Source: Candidatus Aenigmatarchaeota archaeon
GTDB taxonomy: Archaea; Aenigmatarchaeota; Aenigmatarchaeia; PWEA01
Assembly (NCBI GenBank): GCA_003555465.1
Contig: PWIB01000024.1
Span: forward strand, 1 to 34,261
DNA: 34,261 nt
Direction: 5' to 3'
Positions 26,511 through 34,261 of the stretch are shown one piece after another. The first letter of the stretch is position 1, and the number at the start of each line of letters is the position of its first letter. The position numbers and the translations under genes are program-made. The notes under the pieces are model-generated. The model saw only the letters and a list, made by a program, of their open reading frames with translations, did no database searches and was not told where the DNA came from.

Positions 26511-26873
26511 CTACTCCTCTTCTCCACGGACCACTTCTGCGTAAGAAGGAGCTACAACGATGTAGTTCTCGTCAACTCCTGCTATGTCTCCGTCAACAGC
26601 TGTGCAGGTCTTCCTTATCCTCTCTATAGCTCTCTTCAGATCCGACATGTCCTTGTCCTTGATCTTCTTTATTTTAACGAAGACAATTCTCCCTTCTCTG
26701 ACTGACTTCTGTACATCTTCTGCATCCTTGTATTCTTCAAGTTCTACTACTTCAATAGGAACAGCTCTAACTTCTCCTTCGCTAACTTCCTCAGAAAGCT
26801 CAAGAAGATCTCTATCCTCAATTTTCTCTTCCTTCTTTCCTAAAATGTCTTTCAAAGCCAAGTTTCTCACCAT
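26511..26873 (-). CDS. sepF: Archaeal SepF (cell division, DUF552)
   Basis: VREGRIVFV, LKRAIERI, GDIAGVDENYIVVAP. Confidence 0.85.
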   Translation of the reverse strand: MVRNLALKDILGKKEEKIEDRDLLELSEEVSEGEVRAVPIEVVELEEYKDAEDVQKSVREGRIVFVKIKKIKDKDMSDLKRAIERIRKTCTAVDGDIAGVDENYIVVAPSYAEVVRGEEE

Positions 26874-26912
26874 TTTAGTTTTTTCAATCAACTTATATAA
26901 AACTTCACAGGT

Positions 26913-27167
26913 TTACTCTCTGCTAGCTGATTCTAACATCGAAACTATGTTCCAGACCTGTGTTCTAGTATACATCGGAATATTTGCGTCGTTCGCGACG
27001 TTGTCCAGCTTGGATGTGCATGAGTTTATCCTGACCGAGAGTTCTTCCTCCCCGTCCTTTAAAATTTCTATACATTCCTGGCATTCTTCCTGTATATTTC
27101 TGGGTACGGAGCTATCTTCTGAGACTTGCTCCAACATATCAACCGCAGGTTCTAGACTTTCTTCCAT
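26913..27167 (-). CDS. UPF0147 family protein
   Basis: D.SVPRNI, D.NIP..TRTQVWNIVS.LE; start MEESL after GGTGG SD. Confidence 0.9.
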   Translation of the reverse strand: MEESLEPAVDMLEQVSEDSSVPRNIQEECQECIEILKDGEEELSVRINSCTSKLDNVANDANIPMYTRTQVWNIVSMLESASRE

Positions 27168-27249
27168 TTTGACCACCAATATCTGTTTGGACATAAGAGG
27201 ATCTTGGACTATCAATTTATGAAAATTTAAGTATAAAAAGCTTTTCGTG

Positions 27250-28200
27250 TCATAGCACCTTTGCTTTGGCTCCAAAAATCTCTTCAAACCTCTCTAAAAA
27301 GGCCTGTTTCACTTCTTCTAAATCCGTGTTACTTCCGTTTCCTGAAGCAGCTGCATCGTGACCACCTGCTGAACCTCTTAAAACTTCTTCCAGCTCTGAA
27401 AAGACGTCCTCACCCAGATGAACTATATCTGTAAGACCTCTCCTGCACCTTCCACTGACCCTGATCTCATCATCTCTCTGAGAAAACACCACAGAAACGT
27501 CGGAGCCTACCTTCAGGAAGGATCGGGCAGAAGCTGCCTCGAAGGATCCGACCTCCGAGAAGGAAATAAGCTTTCCATCGATATCGTAGTTTTCCAGTCT
27601 GGAGGCGGCCTTCAGCCTTGCTATCCTCTCGGAGCGATCTACGGGCGGGCTCAAAATGGATAGGATATCGGAGTAGTTCTTTCCCGATTTCGGAAGAAGT
27701 TCGGAGATATATCGAAACTGCTCCTTGTCAGCGAACCTGAGGTGCGAGGTGTCAGCAACTATCCCACAGATAAGAGCCTCGGAGGCCTTTTCATTTACTT
27801 CCTCTTTGAACAGTTGATAGATTAGTTCAGATGTAGACCTCGCCTCGGAATCAATATACTTAAAATCAACTAGTTCGTGGAGATCACCAGGACTGTGGTG
27901 ATCGACAAGCATAGTCGTGCCTTCAAAGCTTCCGATATCGAACGATCCAAGCTGTTCTGTAGAAGGACAGTCCACTACAATCAGAGTCTCGAACTCATCT
28001 TGGTCTGGCTTCTCAATGAAGTTATATCCATCGGCAAGCTCTTTCGCGCCTTTTGATACGGTATCAGGGACAGTTAAACTTACTTCATTATCTAAGATCT
28101 CATAGAGGGCTATGGCAGAGGCCACTGCATCGATATCGGCATTGTGATGAGCTAAAACTAAGATACCATTAGAACCTTTCAGTTTTTCCTTAAACTTCAT
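27250..28200 (-). CDS. DHH/DHHA1 family phosphoesterase
   Basis: HHNADID, VVD, VDHH, GIVADT, GGHDAAA; start MKFKEK after GGTGG SD. Confidence 0.9.
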   Translation of the reverse strand: MKFKEKLKGSNGILVLAHHNADIDAVASAIALYEILDNEVSLTVPDTVSKGAKELADGYNFIEKPDQDEFETLIVVDCPSTEQLGSFDIGSFEGTTMLVDHHSPGDLHELVDFKYIDSEARSTSELIYQLFKEEVNEKASEALICGIVADTSHLRFADKEQFRYISELLPKSGKNYSDILSILSPPVDRSERIARLKAASRLENYDIDGKLISFSEVGSFEAASARSFLKVGSDVSVVFSQRDDEIRVSGRCRRGLTDIVHLGEDVFSELEEVLRGSAGGHDAAASGNGSNTDLEEVKQAFLERFEEIFGAKAKVL

Positions 28201-28243
28201 AAAACCACCTTGGTTATAGAAAAATAGATATGAGGGGGAATTT

Positions 28244-28618
28244 TTATCCTGCTTCTCCTGAGTTTCCACCAGACATAAGTCCTCTGAGCTCCTTCTGCTT
28301 CTCCTGTGCTTCCTTTTCGATGTCCTTCTCCTTCTTCTCGATGGACTCGATCTTTACTTCGATGGACTCCTGCTTCTCCTCAAGTTCTTCGAGGAAGTCT
28401 TCCTTGTCGGTCTTTATAACAGCTGGACCTGCTACCTTGAAAACTTCGTCATCGTCACTGGCTTCCTTGAGTGCCTTGACGGCCTGGTCGATCTGTGACT
28501 TCTGTGCCTTCATCTCTGCTTTCTGCTGCTCCATCTGCTGAAGCTGTTGCTGCTGCTGCTGAAGCTCACCGATCATCTGCTGTGCCTCTGGTGGCATATC
28601 CTGTGGATTTTGTGGCAT
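28244..28618 (-). CDS. pfdB: Prefoldin beta subunit
   Basis: Gln-rich coiled coil, VFKVAGPAVIK hairpin, operon context. Confidence 0.92.
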   Translation of the reverse strand: MPQNPQDMPPEAQQMIGELQQQQQQLQQMEQQKAEMKAQKSQIDQAVKALKEASDDDEVFKVAGPAVIKTDKEDFLEELEEKQESIEVKIESIEKKEKDIEKEAQEKQKELRGLMSGGNSGEAG

Positions 28619-28845
28619 TAATTTTCACCTCCTGTAATTGATTTTTCTGTCGTCTTTACGAGTCTTAGTATAGTGTTTACACCTGCCCTTAGATTCGAAA
28701 TACTTTCAGCATCGACATAAACCCCTAGTTTGTCGTCTTTGATTTCCATATTGACTTCAATTGAACTTGATTCGTCCTTCTCGACTTCGATAGCTTTCTT
28801 CGCTAGCTCAGGAGACTGTACATCGATTTCAAGTTCAGCTTTCAT
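28618..28845 (-). CDS. pcc1: KEOPS complex subunit Pcc1
   Basis: A.SISNLRAGVNT.LRL motif; position between rpoP and pfdB. Confidence 0.88.
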   Translation of the reverse strand: MKAELEIDVQSPELAKKAIEVEKDESSSIEVNMEIKDDKLGVYVDAESISNLRAGVNTILRLVKTTEKSITGGEN

Positions 28846-28846
28846 C

Positions 28847-28984
28847 CTATCTGGCTTTGATCTCCTTTACACCTGCAGCTCTCTTCTTCTTTAGAATCCT
28901 GTATCCGCAGAAAGGACATCTAATCCTTCTTCTGAGGTCGTCCTTCTCAATATCCTCTTCACATTTCAAGCATTTGTATGTCAT
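28847..28984 (-). CDS. rpoP: RNA polymerase subunit Rpo12 (P), 45 aa, absent from the ORF track
   Basis: MTYKCLKCEEDIEKDDLRRRIRCPFCGYRILKKKRAAGVKEIKAR; follows rpl37ae. Confidence 0.95.
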   Translation of the reverse strand: MTYKCLKCEEDIEKDDLRRRIRCPFCGYRILKKKRAAGVKEIKAR

Positions 28985-29241
28985 TATTCTTCACCTGATT
29001 TTTCAAGAACTCTTTCTACCATACTCTTTCCCTTTGTCTTAGGTCTCCAAGCACCACCTGCTATCTTATTGCCGCATTTCTCGCACTTCCATATACCTTT
29101 GGCTTGTCTCTTCAAGGAATCGGAGCCGCATTCAGGACACTCGTGCTTGGACTTCTGGTCCTTCTCTATCTCAGATACCTTACTTCTTATCCTCTTTCCG
29201 TACCGGGCTCCGTATCTCTTTCCACTATCGTTATCGGACAT
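28984..29241 (-). CDS. rpl37ae: 50S ribosomal protein L37Ae (eL43)
   Basis: RYGARYG, CPEC, GIWKCEKC, AGGAW. Confidence 0.97.
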   Translation of the reverse strand: MSDNDSGKRYGARYGKRIRSKVSEIEKDQKSKHECPECGSDSLKRQAKGIWKCEKCGNKIAGGAWRPKTKGKSMVERVLEKSGEE

Positions 29242-29248
29242 ACTATCA

Positions 29249-30019
29249 CTAGATGAATTTTCTGAGCTCCGAGGATTTCTCCTTGGCTAGCTCGAAGATC
29301 TCAAGTAGCTCTTCCTTCTGGAAGCCTCCGTTTCCTCTCTTCTGAAGCGAACAGAGCTCTTCCTCTGTCCAGGTAACTGTGACCATACCATCCACTACTT
29401 CCTCTTCGACCAGTCCTGGATCAACTATATACTTGTCATCTACCTTACCGATGGTGCAAGCTATCGGAGTCTTGAGAACTTCAAAGTCCTCTCCTTCATC
29501 GCGAAGGACTTCACCGTCCTCGTAACCGGGCATCTCAGCTTCCTTGAGAGCCTTTATAGCTCCAAGTGCAGAAGCGTCCATCAGGTTTCCATCGTGGTCA
29601 AGTACATGTATGTCGACCATGACCTTCCAGACCTTTTCACCTTCTTCGATGCAGAGCTCTTCAAGAGGAATTGCTTCACATTCCCTCAGTCCTCTGTCTA
29701 TGACTCTTGCGAGCTCCGTGGCATCCTTTCCTGGAGGGCCAGACTCGAAGTCAGGTGAAGCCATTGGTCCAAGTTCTGCGTTAACCATCAACATTCCTTC
29801 GTCCGGTGTATCAGGGAACGGCTCACCTAAGCCAAACTTAACTCCGACTATTACCTTGGTATCTCCAAGGACAACTTTTGCACTTCCTTCGGCTTTTTTA
29901 GCTACTCCGGTAACTACCTCTATATCTCTGAATTCCTTGAGGTCTCTGTCGTCTATCCTTTCACCACTTTTTATGTTATCCAGAGCAGCTTCTTCTTCAA
30001 TTTCAGTTATTTCCATCAT
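29249..30019 (-). CDS. rrp42: Exosome subunit Rrp42
   Basis: RIDDR, AEGSA, PFPDTPDEG, FESGPP, ELARVIDRG, DGNLMDA. Confidence 0.95.
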   Translation of the reverse strand: MMEITEIEEEAALDNIKSGERIDDRDLKEFRDIEVVTGVAKKAEGSAKVVLGDTKVIVGVKFGLGEPFPDTPDEGMLMVNAELGPMASPDFESGPPGKDATELARVIDRGLRECEAIPLEELCIEEGEKVWKVMVDIHVLDHDGNLMDASALGAIKALKEAEMPGYEDGEVLRDEGEDFEVLKTPIACTIGKVDDKYIVDPGLVEEEVVDGMVTVTWTEEELCSLQKRGNGGFQKEELLEIFELAKEKSSELRKFI

Positions 30020-30732
30020 TTTTTATCCCCAAATGTTTCCATTAAAGCTTCTCTTTGTTTTTCGGCGACCTTTTCACAACCATCTATCGCGAGGTCAAGC
30101 ATCTTGTCCATCTCGTCGATGTCTGTCATGCCGTCCATCTGTAGTAGGGTTATCTCACCTGTTTCAATGTTCATCGCTATCGGTAGGTCAACCTGACCAT
30201 CCTTGTCTTCCTCGCCTTTGAGATCTAGTACTGGTGTATCCTCTATCTTACCTGCTGCACAGGATGAAATCAGTCCTTTCATAGGTATTCCTGCGTCGGC
30301 AAGTGCTATAGCCCCTGCATTGAGGGCGACACATCTTGTTCCTGCGTCAGCAGAAATAACTTCCATGTAGACATCGATAGTAGCTGTCGGGAACTCTTCC
30401 AAGAAGACTATCGAGGAAAGTGCTCCTTCGGCTACCTTTCCAATTTCTTTACCTCTTCTCGAGGGACCTGGCCTCTTCCTGTCATCCACGGAAAAAGGAG
30501 CCAGGTTGTATCTACATTGAATAATTCCTCTCTGTGGCTTTTGCTTGTGTTTTGGATGCAGCTCCCTGGGACCAAAGACGGAAGCAATTACTTCTGTACC
30601 TCCCATACGGAAGTATCCTGAGCCGTCGGCTCTCTTGAGAATCCCTGCTTCAGCTTCCATGTCCCTGAGCTCATCCTTAGCTCTACCGTCTATCCTTTTA
30701 CCATCTTTCAAAAGTTCTTTATCTTCACTCAT
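30016..30732 (-). CDS. rrp41: Exosome subunit Rrp41
   Basis: RIDGR..DELR, ADGS, PFSVDDRKRPGPSRR, DAGTR, DL..EED. Confidence 0.96.
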   Translation of the reverse strand: MSEDKELLKDGKRIDGRAKDELRDMEAEAGILKRADGSGYFRMGGTEVIASVFGPRELHPKHKQKPQRGIIQCRYNLAPFSVDDRKRPGPSRRGKEIGKVAEGALSSIVFLEEFPTATIDVYMEVISADAGTRCVALNAGAIALADAGIPMKGLISSCAAGKIEDTPVLDLKGEEDKDGQVDLPIAMNIETGEITLLQMDGMTDIDEMDKMLDLAIDGCEKVAEKQREALMETFGDKK

Positions 30733-30736
30733 ATTA

Positions 30737-31411
30737 TCACCTTTTATCCAGTATTTTTTCTACTTTATCTGTAAGGCCTCTTTCATGACCTCTCTCGTCC
30801 ACGGTCTTGACCGCCTCGACAGCAAGATCCTCGTCGCCGCCGTTTACCCAGACTATGCCGTTCTGGCCGATGATTATCCTTGAGTCAGTTCTGTCCTTGA
30901 TCATCTCGACCATTGAACCACCCTTGCCAATAAGTCTCGGAACCTTACTGGGACTTATCCTTATGATCCTTCCACCTGTAAGCTTCTTGCATATCCTGTC
31001 CTGCATCGAAAGCTTGACATCCTTTTCGCTTGTTACTTTTATAACCTCGGTGTAGATCATATCTCCGATGTCGTAGACATCCGAAAGCTCCGTTTCATCT
31101 AGATCAATGAACTCGTCGGAACCTTCTGCCAGAGACAGATAGCCATCGTACGGTGAATCGAGTTCAACCCACCAGTGGCTTGGACCTATACCGGATATCT
31201 TTCCGATTACATTGTCCCCTTCCTGGGGAATGTAACCTCCACTCAAAGGTATTACTCTCATCCTGTTTTTCTTTGTCCTCGCTACTCCGAGAACCTTAGA
31301 TTTTACCTTTCCGTTTTCTTTGTAAGTACCTCTTCCCGAAAGTATATCACCCTCAGCTATTACGTCTCCGGGAAGTACGTTCGATTTATCTTCAACTAAT
31401 TTTTTTCCCAT
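30737..31411 (-). CDS. rrp4: Exosome RNA-binding subunit Rrp4
   Basis: VLPGD, YIPQEGD.VIG S1 domain, KVPRLIGKGGSM KH, IGQNG.VW; start after GAGGTGA SD. Confidence 0.95.
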   Translation of the reverse strand: MGKKLVEDKSNVLPGDVIAEGDILSGRGTYKENGKVKSKVLGVARTKKNRMRVIPLSGGYIPQEGDNVIGKISGIGPSHWWVELDSPYDGYLSLAEGSDEFIDLDETELSDVYDIGDMIYTEVIKVTSEKDVKLSMQDRICKKLTGGRIIRISPSKVPRLIGKGGSMVEMIKDRTDSRIIIGQNGIVWVNGGDEDLAVEAVKTVDERGHERGLTDKVEKILDKR

Positions 31412-31424
31412 TTTATTCACCTCA

Positions 31425-32123
31425 TCAATCATCTATTATTTTAGTTTCAACTTCACCTTTTGTTACTGAATTCGCCTTCTTATAAAACTTGTCCTGTAAA
31501 CCTGCAGGCATTTTTACGACAGCTCTCCACGAACCATCGTTACCCCAGTCCTCCTTTTCAATTTCTCCTATATCCCTCAGTTTTCCTGAGGCCTCACCGG
31601 CGTGATCGGCCGGAACTCGCACAGCGATCTTGACCTCTTCTATGGATATAGGCAGTATAGCCTTTATCTCATCTATTACCTCTTTGACCTGCTCCTCGAC
31701 GTCCCTCATCTCGTCAACGTGTATCCCTGCTTCGTCCATCGCGTTGCTTATCCTCTTCGGTGGATGTGGCTTGCCTGTCTGTGGATCCACTGCACGCCGC
31801 GCTATAGTCGACGCGATCTCCTTCCTCATTTCCTCACGCATCTCTCTTCGCTGTTCAGTGGTAATCTGAACCTCGCCTTTCCTTATTATCTCGTAAACTA
31901 TATCCTTTATATCGTTGGTTCCGAAGACCTTATTAAGCTCTTCGTCGCCGACTCTCTTTCCTTTTTCTGCGTCCTCGAATACCTCGTCCGCGGCTATGAG
32001 ATCGTCTAGATCTATATCCTCGCCTTCCTTCACTTCAAGGGCTTTATCAGGATCCACTAGCACCTCAAAGTGCTCCCCATGCGAGTCGAGACGAGCTATC
32101 ACCGCGTCGTCAACAGATATCAT
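31425..32123 (-). CDS. sdo1: Ribosome maturation protein SBDS/Sdo1
   Basis: GEHFEVLVDPD, FGT, QITTEQRR, PHPPKRI..AM. Confidence 0.95.
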   Translation of the reverse strand: MISVDDAVIARLDSHGEHFEVLVDPDKALEVKEGEDIDLDDLIAADEVFEDAEKGKRVGDEELNKVFGTNDIKDIVYEIIRKGEVQITTEQRREMREEMRKEIASTIARRAVDPQTGKPHPPKRISNAMDEAGIHVDEMRDVEEQVKEVIDEIKAILPISIEEVKIAVRVPADHAGEASGKLRDIGEIEKEDWGNDGSWRAVVKMPAGLQDKFYKKANSVTKGEVETKIIDD

Positions 32124-32127
32124 CGGA

Positions 32128-32835
32128 TCACAGGAGCTCTTCGCACTCCTCCTGATCTAAGTATCTGAAACCGTCTTCCTCTGTTATAACCGCCATCTTG
32201 ACGGTATTTTTGTTCATATCTGTCTCACCTTCTGAAAGCACTTCCACGGCCAGCTCCTTTGCTTGCTTCTTTGACATCCCTTCTTCCCATTTCTCCTCTA
32301 GAAGTTCTTCACCGCCTTTTCTTCCTTTACCGATGACCTGTGCATTCCATCCGTAGATGTCACCGCCTACGTCCGTTTCGAAGATCATAGGCTCGTCCTT
32401 GTAGACTCCACCGACCAGGAAGGAAACACCCATCGGTCTCAGGCCGCCGTACTGCGTATGCTGCTGCTTGTAGTCGCCTATCTCCTCTGCGAGTGAACGT
32501 ACGTCTATCTTCTCCTGGTATGAAATCCTGTAGACCTGTGCCTGCTGTCTTGCGTTGTTTACAAGGACTCTTGTATCTCCGACCAGTCCAGCGGAAACAG
32601 CTCCTATGTGTTCGTCCAGCTGATGTACCTTTCTGCTTCCTCTATCGTCGGAAAGCTTGTCACAAGGTCTCAGACCAGCTAGAACGACACCGTCTTCAAA
32701 TTTCAAAGCTGTGCATGTCGCGGCTCTTTTGATAGCTTCTCTAGCGTACTCTACCTGGAAAAGACGTCCGTCTGGTGAGAACGTAACGATAGCTCTATCG
32801 TATCCCATCTTTCCTTGTTTCTGCATCATTCCCAT
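32128..32835 (-). CDS. psmA: Proteasome alpha subunit
   Basis: GYDRAIVTFSPDGRLFQVEYAREA, TQYGGLRP.G. Confidence 0.96.
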   Translation of the reverse strand: MGMMQKQGKMGYDRAIVTFSPDGRLFQVEYAREAIKRAATCTALKFEDGVVLAGLRPCDKLSDDRGSRKVHQLDEHIGAVSAGLVGDTRVLVNNARQQAQVYRISYQEKIDVRSLAEEIGDYKQQHTQYGGLRPMGVSFLVGGVYKDEPMIFETDVGGDIYGWNAQVIGKGRKGGEELLEEKWEEGMSKKQAKELAVEVLSEGETDMNKNTVKMAVITEEDGFRYLDQEECEELL

Positions 32836-33027
32836 GATTGTTCACCAAATTCATCTATTTTATTATTGAAATGGCTAGAATTGCCACATCTCCCTTTTTT
32901 CCAAATACTTATTACACCCAACCTTTAAAAGTTTTTACACAACCAGAAATTCAGTCAAAATACGCTTCCTTGGCCTGAAAACTACTCGGTCTTTATCGAA
33001 ACCTGTATCCAGCTAAACATTTGATTA

Positions 33028-33699
33028 CTAAAACCCGGAACTGTTGTCCTTGTTCGTTAGATAAAAATCACATATATCCTTTAAAGGACATTTTTCACAC
33101 AACGGCTTCCTTGCCTTGCAGATTTCCCTCCCATGTTTTATAAGATTTATATGGAACTCCTGCTTTCTTTCACCGGGGACCTTGTCCTCCAGAATAACAT
33201 GCGCTTTCTCCCTTTTTGCTTTCTCTGGTATCAGACCAAGTCTCTTCGTAACTCGGAATACATGCGTGTCAACAGGGAAAGCTTCTTTATCAAAGGTAAA
33301 GTTGAGGACTACCGCAGCACTCTTGGGGCCTATACCCGGAAGCTCTCTCAACCACTCCTTACCCTCTTCTACATCAAGATCTTCCAGAAAACTCAGGTCC
33401 AGCTCGCCCCGCTTCTCCTTTATATCCTCTAGACATTTCTTTATACGTTCCGCCTTCGTGTTGTGGAGACCTGCGACGGATATAGCCTCCGCTACCTCTT
33501 CCACATCCGCGTCCATTATCTCTTCCATACTTTCGAACCTTTCCTGGAGCCTTCTCCAGGCTCTGTCCCTGTTCTTGTCGTTTGTATTCTGTGAAAGTAT
33601 TACCTGAACCAGGGACTCGACAGGCTTTCCTCTATCAGAGACTTCAGGGACTCCATAGATTTCCCTCAGCAAGTCCATGGCCTCGTCAACCTTCTCCAC
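33028..33699 (-). CDS. nth: Endonuclease III (HhH-GPD, 4Fe-4S)
   Basis: ILSQNTND, LPGIGPKSA, PVDTHVFRV, C.ARKP.C..C.L...C; start uncertain (GTG at 33699). Confidence 0.92.
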   Translation of the reverse strand: MEKVDEAMDLLREIYGVPEVSDRGKPVESLVQVILSQNTNDKNRDRAWRRLQERFESMEEIMDADVEEVAEAISVAGLHNTKAERIKKCLEDIKEKRGELDLSFLEDLDVEEGKEWLRELPGIGPKSAAVVLNFTFDKEAFPVDTHVFRVTKRLGLIPEKAKREKAHVILEDKVPGERKQEFHINLIKHGREICKARKPLCEKCPLKDICDFYLTNKDNSSGF

Positions 33700-33762
33700 G
33701 CTACCACATAACCTACTTGCTGCCAAAACAATAAAAACTTTCGCGGACCATCTTTACAGGAT

Positions 33763-34092
33763 ATGACCGAAAAGACAATAAAGGAGTGGCAGGAGGAGAT
33801 CCACAGCATAGCGAAGGATAAGGGTTGGCATGATGAACAGAGGAGCGAAGCAGAGATAATAGCCCTCATGCACAGTGAGCTTTCCGAAGCTCTGGAGGAA
33901 TACAGAGAGGACAACAAAGACGTATACTACGAAGACGGGAAGCCAGAAGGCTACGTCGTGGAGCTCGTGGATGTGCTGATACGTATCCTTGACCATCTCG
34001 AGGGAAGAAATGTAAATACGGAAGAGGTTCTAAGGGAAAAATGTGACTACAACAGAAGCAGAGAAGAAAAGCATGGCGGTAAGAAGATATAG
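33763..34092 (+). CDS. MazG-like NTP pyrophosphohydrolase
   Basis: LMHSELSEALEE...ELVDVLIRILD...K..YN..R..KHGGK. Confidence 0.85.
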   Translation: MTEKTIKEWQEEIHSIAKDKGWHDEQRSEAEIIALMHSELSEALEEYREDNKDVYYEDGKPEGYVVELVDVLIRILDHLEGRNVNTEEVLREKCDYNRSREEKHGGKKI

Positions 34093-34142
34093 AAGGGAGA
34101 AAACTTTTTAACCTTAGGCCAAGAGTTTTTAGGCAGTCAGAG

Positions 34143-34261
34143 GCGGGGGTACCCAAGTGGCCGAAACCTCAAGGTTTCGTACCTTGCCATTGCCTCTTTT
34201 CAAGAGTAGGCTGACAAGGTGGCTAAAGGGGCAGCGTTGAGGGCGCTGTGCACGTAGGTGC
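34143..34261 (+). tRNA. tRNA-Leu(GAG), cut off by the window end, with a 62-nt D-loop intron (~21/22; 34165-34226)
   Basis: GCGGGGG-TA-CCCAAGTGG; BHB GGCC-GAA-ACCT / AGGT-GGCT-AAA; anticodon arm CAGCG-TTGAGGG-CGCTG; long variable arm GCAC/GTGC. Confidence 0.88.

Noticed and set aside
28536-28563. CTG/CAG trinucleotide run
   Set aside because: Ordinary poly-Gln stretch in the prefoldin beta coiled coil.
1-34261. CRISPR array, rRNA, IS transposase or integrase
   Set aside because: No regularly spaced repeats, rRNA-like segments or recombinase motifs were seen.

Overview
Archaeal chromosomal window. The proteins are Glu/Asp-rich, which suggests a salt-adapted host, and the gene content is compatible with a DPANN-like lineage (both are inferences). 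Most of the window is housekeeping: two KaiC/RAD55 ATPases, an intein-containing RtcB with archease, UbaA/ThiF, a DEAD-box helicase, RsmA, PpdK, UPF0182, ProRS, psmB-aCPSF1(fttA)-rhomboid, the exosome/proteasome superoperon (psmA, SBDS, rrp4, rrp41, rrp42, rpl37ae, rpoP, pcc1, pfdB, DHH), sepF, nth and a MazG-like gene. There are three tRNA genes and all carry introns: Tyr-GTA (102 nt, 37/38), Pro-TGG (two non-canonical introns, D-loop and T-arm) and Leu-GAG (D-loop intron, gene cut off by the window end). The main finding is a ~900-bp integrase-free element at tRNA-Pro. It encodes an unannotated 37-aa ribbon-helix-helix protein and an HTH-LAGLIDADG endonuclease, and it is flanked by two diverged copies of the tRNA 3' end exactly 900 bp apart. 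The element appears to have supplied a new, intron-containing T-arm and displaced the old tRNA 3' end, so it is a candidate free-standing homing endonuclease that spreads tRNA introns. Other observations: alternative folds in the three long tRNA introns that hide the splice site, a K-turn/C-D-like motif in the Tyr intron, an HTH-PAS regulator with a palindromic operator facing an operon with a zinc-finger microprotein, and a probable CTG start codon. Everything was read by eye; no searches or folding programs were run.
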